Of a DNA stretch of 64,000 nucleotides, positions 57,339 to 64,000 are shown piece after piece. Source of the DNA: an uncultured virus (IMG/VR IMGVR_UViG_3300031140_000597) (taxonomy: Duplodnaviria > Heunggongvirae > Uroviricota > Caudoviricetes); IMG/VR virus record IMGVR_UViG_3300031140_000597, positions 1 through 64,000 of that record, one strand, 5' to 3'. Numbering within the stretch: position 1 is the stretch's first letter; each line of letters begins with the position of its first letter. The translations under genes were made by a program, and so were the position numbers. A model generated the notes under the pieces. The model had not been told where the DNA came from. It saw only the letters and a program-made list of their open reading frames with translations, and did not search any database.

Positions 57339-57429
57339 CGCTTCTGTTATCGTGACATACAACGACAACGATAGCGTTACACTCGTAACAAATACATGTT
57401 AATTATGCGAGTTGACGATAACAGAGGCG
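57339..57429 (+). ncRNA. long hairpin RNA with central bubble
   Basis: 15-bp stem CGCTTCTGTTATCGT/ACGATAACAGAGGCG plus inner ACTCGTA/TGCGAGT. Confidence 0.45.
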
Positions 57430-57438
57430 GCGCTATTC

Positions 57439-57513
57439 GCGAGTATCGTATAATGGTTATTACGGGAGGTTTCCAACCTTTTGATGTCAGTTCGATTCTG
57501 ACTACTCGCTCCA
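57439..57513 (+). tRNA. tRNA-Gly(TCC)
   Basis: GGAGG-TTTCCAA-CCTTT, TCCA. Confidence 0.92.
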
Positions 57514-57535
57514 ATATGTAAGAAGTAAAGAACAT

Positions 57536-57621
57536 GCCTTGGTGGTGGAATTAGGTATACACATCAGATTTAAAATCTGACGACTTCGGTCATGCGGGTT
57601 CAAGTCCCGCTCAAGGCACCA
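57536..57621 (+). tRNA. tRNA-Leu(TAA)
   Basis: TCAGA-TTTAAAA-TCTGA, variable arm, CCA. Confidence 0.93.
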
Positions 57622-57643
57622 AAATTAAAATAGAAGATGTAAT

Positions 57644-58375
57644 ATGAATAGTTTGTTTGAATACACAGAAGCAGTAGAAGAGTGCAAAGGTTCGTTAGAA
57701 GGTGATGGTGATAATAAGTTATTTACCGAAGCAGAGCGTGTTCTATCTACTGAAATAAACAACGAAGAAAAGATATTAAAGCATCCGATATTACATGAAG
57801 CGTTTGATCGCATCGTAGAGCAACATGTACCAAATCAATCAACTGCATTTTTATCATTATGCACTGCTACTCGTCCTTATAACAAGAGCAAGAAGTGGAA
57901 AGGATTCATCAACAAGTTTGGTGGTAAGGTAGATATGATAGTTGTATCTAATGGTGGTATGATGCCACAACAGTTTTGGAAAAGTTGGCCCTATTTGAAT
58001 TACGATGGGGGTGATCATTATGATGTTAAAATGTATCAAGATATTATGCATGAACGATTATTGAAGTTTTTTAGGAAGCACAATTACAGTAATGTTATTG
58101 CAAACTTTAGACCTAATTTAATCAATCATCAACCAGCACATGATGCGCTTTCTATTCTGAAAGAAGAAGGTAGCATTGGTGATTATATTGTAATGCCTAA
58201 TCAGGAGTTGTATGATAAGGCACAGTCATTAGGTTGGCGACCACCACAAGGTCAAGGTGATATGTTCCCTGATTTAACCAATACGATACTGAGTGCATTA
58301 ACTGCTCAAGTGGAAGAATTCGGGTATGATGAAGATTTATTTACTGTTCATGAAAAATTAAAGTACAATAAGTAG
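57644..58375 (+). CDS. ArcS-like (DUF5591) protein, putative archaeosine synthase core
   Basis: FLSLCTATRPYNKSK resembles the L.PCS..KPYS.S catalytic-Cys motif of ArcS; VVS.GG..P......P...YD. Confidence 0.6.
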   Translation: MNSLFEYTEAVEECKGSLEGDGDNKLFTEAERVLSTEINNEEKILKHPILHEAFDRIVEQHVPNQSTAFLSLCTATRPYNKSKKWKGFINKFGGKVDMIVVSNGGMMPQQFWKSWPYLNYDGGDHYDVKMYQDIMHERLLKFFRKHNYSNVIANFRPNLINHQPAHDALSILKEEGSIGDYIVMPNQELYDKAQSLGWRPPQGQGDMFPDLTNTILSALTAQVEEFGYDEDLFTVHEKLKYNK

Positions 58376-58388
58376 GTTATTTTTATAG

Positions 58389-58396
58389 TATAAATA
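58389..58396 (+). promoter_or_regulatory. T4-like late promoter TATAAATA
   Basis: intergenic. Confidence 0.65.
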
Positions 58397-58420
58397 ATAC
58401 TATAGACAGGGAGAAAGATA

Positions 58421-59095
58421 TTGTTCAAGGGAATATATAATCTTTTTAAGCAGAAAGAAGAGCCTATAGCAGAGATGATTGAAATCCCTGTTAAAAACCC
58501 AGAATTACCTCATATTGTGTTTATACACGGTGCTGGATGTAGTCATCGCAGTTGGAATTATATATTAGCAAAACTTAACCCTACCCGTTACACTATGTTA
58601 GAGTATTCGGTAGATGATAAGTTTTATACTAATCTAAATAAACTGTCGACTATTGTTGGTCAAATACATGATAGGGATTTATTTATAATATCTCATTCTA
58701 TGGGTGGTATATATGCATTGCATTTATGTCAGAGTTTTAGTCATAGAGTAATTGGTTCAATATCTATCGCGACTCCGTTTGCGGGATCGAGAACAGCAGA
58801 TTTTGTAAAATATGTATATCCATCGTATATATTGTTTCGAGATGTTGGAGTAAGAAGTGCGCCTATTATGAGGTGTCATGATATTACAATCAATGTACCT
58901 TGGACACAGATAGTTACGACAGATGGGCATGTACCGTGGCATAAGGGTGAGAACGATGGTGTTGTGACGGTAGAAAGTCAGCGTCATCGTAAAGATATAG
59001 ATTATGTAGAAATACATGTAACCCACCATGAAGCGTTGGTGAGTGATGAAGCATTAGATATTATAAAAGAAAAATTAGATATCAAAAACGCTTGA
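58421..59095 (+). CDS. alpha/beta hydrolase
   Basis: FIHGAG, SHSMGG nucleophile elbow, TPFAGS, NDGVV, H. Confidence 0.88.
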   Translation: MFKGIYNLFKQKEEPIAEMIEIPVKNPELPHIVFIHGAGCSHRSWNYILAKLNPTRYTMLEYSVDDKFYTNLNKLSTIVGQIHDRDLFIISHSMGGIYALHLCQSFSHRVIGSISIATPFAGSRTADFVKYVYPSYILFRDVGVRSAPIMRCHDITINVPWTQIVTTDGHVPWHKGENDGVVTVESQRHRKDIDYVEIHVTHHEALVSDEALDIIKEKLDIKNA

Positions 59096-59120
59096 CAGAA
59101 CACGTTACATAGTGTATAAT
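59092..59120 (+). promoter_or_regulatory. sigma70-type promoter for Ala-Ala-Thr tRNAs
   Basis: TTGACA-N17-TATAAT. Confidence 0.75.
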
Positions 59121-59169
59121 AATTTATTAGATAAATAAAGTAGTAAGTATGAAGTGGTTACATAATCGT

Positions 59170-59245
59170 GGGGATATAGCTCAGTTGGGAGAGCGACTGC
59201 CTTGCACGCAGTAGGTCGTAGGTTCGATCCCTATTATCTCCACCA
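59170..59245 (+). tRNA. tRNA-Ala(TGC) copy 1
   Basis: GGGGATATAGCTCAG, G3:U70, loop CTTGCAC, CCA. Confidence 0.95.
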
Positions 59246-59294
59246 TTATGTGACTATTAGTCTAATAAATAAAGTAGCAAGTATGAAGTACAAT

Positions 59295-59370
59295 GGGGAT
59301 ATAGCTCAGTTGGGAGAGCGACTGCCTTGCACGCAGTAGGTCGTAGGTTCGATCCCTATTATCTCCACCA
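59295..59370 (+). tRNA. tRNA-Ala(TGC) copy 2 (identical)
   Basis: same sequence as copy 1. Confidence 0.95.
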
Positions 59371-59405
59371 TTTTAAAATTAAAGAGATATCAAATTTCTT
59401 TAAAA

Positions 59406-59481
<76 letters not shown>

Positions 59482-59488
59482 AATAATC

Positions 59489-59512
59489 AGACTCCCTTCG
59501 GGGAGTTTTTTG
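59489..59512 (+). terminator. intrinsic terminator
   Basis: ACTCCC-TTCG-GGGAGT followed by T-run. Confidence 0.9.
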
Positions 59513-59557
59513 TTTCTGCAATAAATACAATTATGAAAATTTATAAGAATAATCCGA

Positions 59558-60583
59558 ATGTATGACATTAAAACAATAGAATTGGAATTAGCAACTGTGT
59601 GCAATGCATATTGTCCCGTATGTATTCGCTATGATGCAAGAGACGAAGGTTTATTTTTAAACCCCAAAGCCAATCTTAATCAATTGATAGATCTAGATAC
59701 TATCGACAAATGTTTTAAATCAGACAAAATACCCGATGACGTAGAAGTGAGTCTAGTTGGTACTTCTGGCGATCCACTTGCTCATCCTAAAATTTTAGAT
59801 ATTATCAAATTGATATTACATCATAAGTCGCATGCAACATTTAATATCCATACTAATGGTGGACTTAGATCAACAAAATTATTCGCTGAACTTGCACATA
59901 TATTAGGAGATGGCGATAGGTTTTGTTTTAGTTTAGATGGGTTAGCAGATACCAACCATATATATCGAATAGGGGTTGACTTCAAGAAAGTAATATCTAA
60001 TATGACTGCATTCATTGAAGCGGGCGGCACACCAATTTGGCAATTTGTGATATTTGATTGGAACAAACATCAGATAGAAGAATGTAGAAAATATGCATTT
60101 GATTTAGGCTGTAGAGCATTTGAGTCTCGCGAAAATGTCAATCCCGGGCTTATAGATGTCGCCATCGCATCTGCAAATAAGCAGATAGTTAATGCTGTAT
60201 CTCCATCGTTTTATTCTGATAGTATGGTCGAGTCTGATGATTATGATTACATAGACGATGCGTGTATTCAAGAACAAGGAATATTCATGGCACCAGATGG
60301 TAAAGTATATCCTTGTTGTATGTTCTATGCGGAACGTGCGGGTCCAGGTTCTACATTGGTGTACGATACCATGTATAAGAAGTTTGGATATGATTGGAAT
60401 GATTTAACTATATATTCACTAGATCAGATTCTAGATCATGCTTGGTGGGATGAACTACATACCAGCATAGTTAAAAGTCCATGTGTTACATGCATCAATA
60501 ACTGTGGTGCTGTTCGTGATGAACGTAGTAATTCTGACATAAACGAAAAGGCATATCAAAATATTTCAAGGACATTAATATGA
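59558..60583 (+). CDS. radical SAM protein with SPASM/twitch domain
   Basis: CNAYCPVC, GTSGDP, HTNGG, FSLDGL, G.VYPCC, C.NNC. Confidence 0.9.
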   Translation: MYDIKTIELELATVCNAYCPVCIRYDARDEGLFLNPKANLNQLIDLDTIDKCFKSDKIPDDVEVSLVGTSGDPLAHPKILDIIKLILHHKSHATFNIHTNGGLRSTKLFAELAHILGDGDRFCFSLDGLADTNHIYRIGVDFKKVISNMTAFIEAGGTPIWQFVIFDWNKHQIEECRKYAFDLGCRAFESRENVNPGLIDVAIASANKQIVNAVSPSFYSDSMVESDDYDYIDDACIQEQGIFMAPDGKVYPCCMFYAERAGPGSTLVYDTMYKKFGYDWNDLTIYSLDQILDHAWWDELHTSIVKSPCVTCINNCGAVRDERSNSDINEKAYQNISRTLI

Positions 60584-60930
60584 CAGTACCATTATTCAAT
60601 AAGACATTCAAATTATTTGTATTTAAGGGTGATAACGAAGTAAGTATATCACTTAGAATCACCGATAAATGTTGTAGATCATTCATGATGCCATTAGAAG
60701 ATTTCACGTATATCATTAACAATTGGCGCACAGGTGTTGATGGTAGAAACATAGATGGTAATCGTTGGTGGTGGGAATACAGAGATTGTGGTCCGAGACC
60801 AGAAATAGCCCCAGCAGATTTTGTATCTATTAGTGTACATGGATGGAACTGGCGCGTTACGGTAGCAGAGATGGAAGAGTTAGAAAGTGCATTTAATTTT
60901 CAGTTAATCAATAAAAATCATTGGGATTAA
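60580..60930 (+). CDS. hypothetical protein
   Basis: ATGA coupling. Confidence 0.6.
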   Translation: MTVPLFNKTFKLFVFKGDNEVSISLRITDKCCRSFMMPLEDFTYIINNWRTGVDGRNIDGNRWWWEYRDCGPRPEIAPADFVSISVHGWNWRVTVAEMEELESAFNFQLINKNHWD

Positions 60931-60942
60931 CTAAATAAGTGT

Positions 60943-61434
60943 ATGGGAAAAATAATAAAATCAATTAGTCTAACACAACTCGTATTTACGTTGATATTTT
61001 TATCTATGTTTACGGCTATTGGCTTAAATATATATCTATATGTGAAGTTACATCAAGCATGGCCATTAGAACATTTCAATGGTAATATAGAAACTCCTGT
61101 TGATATATCGGTTGATAAAACGATTGTTGCATCTGGTACATTTAATCGTCGTGTGGCATGTGAAATGTATAATTTCAGTTTGCAGTTACGAAATGTAGAC
61201 ACGAGAGATATAATTATATTAAATCCCGAACATTTAGCAACGGCACCTACCACTACGATGTCACCAGCGAAAGATATAGATGTTAATTTTTCGCTACATA
61301 TTCCAAGTAATCTATATGTTGGATTTTGGACACCTACATTCACTGGGCACTATATCTGTAAAAGCGGTATGTTCACACAAAATAAGACTCAGCGCATCGT
61401 CGTTGATTCATTCGAAGTAATCAAATCTAAATAA
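60943..61434 (+). CDS. membrane-anchored hypothetical protein
   Basis: N-terminal TM helix, two Cys, beta-rich. Confidence 0.6.
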   Translation: MGKIIKSISLTQLVFTLIFLSMFTAIGLNIYLYVKLHQAWPLEHFNGNIETPVDISVDKTIVASGTFNRRVACEMYNFSLQLRNVDTRDIIILNPEHLATAPTTTMSPAKDIDVNFSLHIPSNLYVGFWTPTFTGHYICKSGMFTQNKTQRIVVDSFEVIKSK

Positions 61435-61451
61435 TCAAAAATAGGTAATAT

Positions 61452-62315
61452 ATGAACTTATTAAAAAATATTGAATTGAAAGAAATTCAATCTACTGGTA
61501 GACCAGTGATTTTTAAGCACCCATCATTAATCGCCAACTTTCCTGACAGACTAGACAAAGCAAAAACACTATTTGATCAGATGACAGTACCAATGTGTGA
61601 AAAATATAATAAATTTGATTTTGAAGATGAACATTTCAGAACAGATCATTGGGAAGACGAAGAAGTACCTGATAAGATCTACGCACATCGCTATGGTGGT
61701 CCTGCATTCAGTTATGACATAGATACTATGGTAGGTCCTCAAGATTGGGAAGGTGATGGCGATGCTACCAAAGTAGGCGATCATGTGCTAAGACGTAAGA
61801 TTTATCTGTATGATTGGACACGCGAGCGTATGAAAGATGGCAACATACAACCAACCGCAGAAATGGAATATTTCTTGGACTTGCTTGATGTAGTTAAACC
61901 TATATTAGAACATTATAACAAAGAATGTTTATCAGATCAAACAGATAAAGTTAAGTTTTATCTTATTAAGATGATGTTGATCGAGTATAGCACACCGTGT
62001 GCGACAGATGATAATGTAGTAGAGCATAGGAAATTTAACACTGATCGTTTCGGTCCGTCTCATTGCGATGAAGCATTGTTGGGATTGCACGTTGGTGAGA
62101 GTATTAAAGAAATACAGACACGAAACCATGTTACTGGTGAATGGACTTATTTACCAGATAATGAGACATCACTTCTATTGTTTGGCGAAGATGCTGCAAA
62201 GAGTGACTGGGACCCGACCTATCATCGTATGATTCACAATCCAAATGGTGGGTCATCAGATTCACGTTATGTGATTCTAATAGATTATCAAGCACGTTAC
62301 AAAAATAATGATTAA
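61452..62315 (+). CDS. 2OG-Fe(II) oxygenase-like protein
   Basis: HCD (HxD), distal TYHR, SRYVI. Confidence 0.55.
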   Translation: MNLLKNIELKEIQSTGRPVIFKHPSLIANFPDRLDKAKTLFDQMTVPMCEKYNKFDFEDEHFRTDHWEDEEVPDKIYAHRYGGPAFSYDIDTMVGPQDWEGDGDATKVGDHVLRRKIYLYDWTRERMKDGNIQPTAEMEYFLDLLDVVKPILEHYNKECLSDQTDKVKFYLIKMMLIEYSTPCATDDNVVEHRKFNTDRFGPSHCDEALLGLHVGESIKEIQTRNHVTGEWTYLPDNETSLLLFGEDAAKSDWDPTYHRMIHNPNGGSSDSRYVILIDYQARYKNND

Positions 62316-62318
62316 GTG

Positions 62319-62347
62319 TTGACAAACAGCCACTTAGTTGATATAAT
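62319..62347 (+). promoter_or_regulatory. sigma70-type promoter
   Basis: TTGACA-N17-TATAAT. Confidence 0.75.
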
Positions 62348-62379
62348 AGTTCATAACCTAAATCGGAGTAGTAAATAAT

Positions 62380-62994
62380 ATGTTAGTACCAACAGTAGTA
62401 GAATCAACAGGACGTGGAGAACGCGCTTATGATATTTATAGTCGCTTGCTTCGTGATCGGATTATTATGCTCAATGGAGAAGTAAACGATCACACCGCAA
62501 ACCTAATCGTAGCACAGATGTTATTTTTGGAATCAGAAAATCCATCAGAAGACATCAATTTTTACATCAATAGTGGCGGTGGTTCTGTCACCGCTGGACT
62601 TAGTATCTATGATACTATGCAGTATATCAATTCACCAGTGTCTACCATCGTAATGGGACAAGCGTGTTCAATGGGATCATTGTTATCGCAAGCGGGCGCT
62701 CCAGGAAAGCGATTTGTTTTACCTAACAGTCGTACTATGATTCATCGTGTTAGTTCGGGCACTCAGGGTACACGTGGTAGTATTCATGTACAAGAACTTG
62801 AGTTTGAAGATGCAAAGCGACATATGGATGAGTCAGTTAATTTGAACAATCGTCTTACGCAGTTGTATGTAGATCATAGCAGCAAAGGAAAATCATTTGA
62901 TGAGTTTTATGCTACTATGAAGCACGACACTTTCATGTCAGCACCAGAAGCAGTTGAATTTGGTCTTGCTGATAAAGTGATTGCTAAGATCTAG
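62380..62994 (+). CDS. clpP: ATP-dependent Clp protease proteolytic subunit
   Basis: [31 protein letters not shown] (Ser), MIH (His), D.FMS..EA..FGL.D. Confidence 0.95.
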   Translation: MLVPTVVESTGRGERAYDIYSRLLRDRIIMLNGEVNDHTANLIVAQMLFLESENPSEDINFYINSGGGSVTAGLSIYDTMQYINSPVSTIVMGQACSMGSLLSQAGAPGKRFVLPNSRTMIHRVSSGTQGTRGSIHVQELEFEDAKRHMDESVNLNNRLTQLYVDHSSKGKSFDEFYATMKHDTFMSAPEAVEFGLADKVIAKI

Positions 62995-63100
62995 ATTGAT
63001 CAGAAGTTGGACAGTCAGTTCAACTTCATTTAGTCCCGCCAATGATAAATATGTATATCAGTCATATTATTGTGACATTAATATAAAAGGAATTTAATCA

Positions 63101-63949
63101 ATGACGTACAGACACGACAACAAAGATCCCAATATGAGTGGATCACAAAAAGCATTAAAATATGACGTAGATGGTGAACCATCATTGCGCGTAAGCATTA
63201 AGGAGACTTCTAATTTGGTTACGCCTGTTGGCTCAAACAAGCCATACTTGCTAGAAGTAGCACAGGGATTAATTCCAGGATACGGTTGCAACCACAAGTT
63301 TGGTGCAGTGCCCTCTATGAGTAATAACACCCAAGGTAGTGTATGGGATGTTTCTGACACAGTATACCCATTTAACGCATTTGGTGCTGGTAGTGTTATC
63401 AACGTTGAACGTACTAATGCAGCAGATGTAGGTAGTGTAATTAGAATGCAAGGCTTAGATGTAAACTTTAATTTCATCGAAGAAGACATCCCACTTAATG
63501 CGAGAGACCAAGTAGGCACACTGGTATTCATTAGATTAAACAGAGCGTTCATGGTTACTGATGGTGGATCAAACATTGGCGACATTAATTTTGAAATTGG
63601 GGTACCAGGCGGTGTAACGATTGCTCGTATAACAGAAGGTTATGGACAGACGCTTATGGCAGTGTACACAGTGCCTGCAGGCGTAACAGCATATTTACTT
63701 AATATTTCTGCTACTGCATCAGATGACGCAGATGCCACAATCTCACTATTAAAACGTGAGGCTTCTAGTGACGTTTTTAGAATAATGACAACATTTGAAT
63801 TACAAAAACGTGGCGGCGGATTTACACAAGAGTTCCCTTGTGCACTAACGATCGCAGAAATGACAGACATTGATTTGAGAGTTATTTCACGTGCACGTGA
63901 CAAGCGTTTCACGGGAACATTTGATATGCTATTAGTAGATAATGTATAA
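63101..63949 (+). CDS. hypothetical phage protein, possibly structural
   Basis: beta-rich; KFG, QTLMAVYTVPAG, EMTDIDLR motifs. Confidence 0.65.
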   Translation: MTYRHDNKDPNMSGSQKALKYDVDGEPSLRVSIKETSNLVTPVGSNKPYLLEVAQGLIPGYGCNHKFGAVPSMSNNTQGSVWDVSDTVYPFNAFGAGSVINVERTNAADVGSVIRMQGLDVNFNFIEEDIPLNARDQVGTLVFIRLNRAFMVTDGGSNIGDINFEIGVPGGVTIARITEGYGQTLMAVYTVPAGVTAYLLNISATASDDADATISLLKREASSDVFRIMTTFELQKRGGGFTQEFPCALTIAEMTDIDLRVISRARDKRFTGTFDMLLVDNV

Positions 63950-63952
63950 ATA
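63945..63952 (+). promoter_or_regulatory. T4-like late promoter TATAAATA before an ORF truncated by the window end (ATG 63958)
   Basis: TATAAATA then ATGAGATTACATAATTTATTTGAA. Confidence 0.6.
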
Positions 63953-64000
63953 AGTATATGAGATTACATAATTTATTTGAAAACAACAAACCAATATTAG

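Noticed and set aside
10674..59400. Recurring ATCAAATTTCT motif (about 10674, 56667, 59388)
   Set aside because: Short AT-rich word in an AT-rich genome; three copies with no consistent context are not enough to call a site.

Overview
AT-rich 64 kb segment of a large lytic dsDNA phage with T4-like features. Every credible gene is on the + strand, driven by near-consensus sigma70 promoters (TTGACA-N17-TATAAT) and T4-type late promoters (TATAAATA). The host is probably an aquatic proteobacterium (inference). Contents: (1) replication/repair genes (DNA ligase, DenV, sliding-clamp-like protein, RNase H/5'-3' exonuclease, dCMP deaminase, MazG-like). (2) A partial 7-deazaguanine pathway (TGT/DpdA-like, FolE, QueE, an ArcS/DUF5591-like protein) next to a GmrSD-like DUF262/DUF1524 nuclease. 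(3) Many auxiliary and modifying enzymes: five SPASM/twitch radical SAM loci with NfuA, IscA, MetK and MtnN, plus halogenase, adenylating enzyme, carbamoyltransferase, glycosyl/methyltransferases, TctA/TctC, S8 protease and ClpP. (4) An approximately 7 kb non-coding island with 23 tRNA genes, several aberrant tRNA-like RNAs and unexplained structured RNAs. The most striking unannotated feature is a putative ribosome-dependent transcription attenuator in front of the first tRNA block. Its 37-codon leader peptide contains all 20 amino acids and overlaps an antiterminator strand, suggesting the phage switches on a set of non-canonical tRNAs when host translation or tRNA supply fails. The second tRNA block has an rrn-like boxB-boxA antitermination site. 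All family assignments come from motif recognition by eye, not from database searches.
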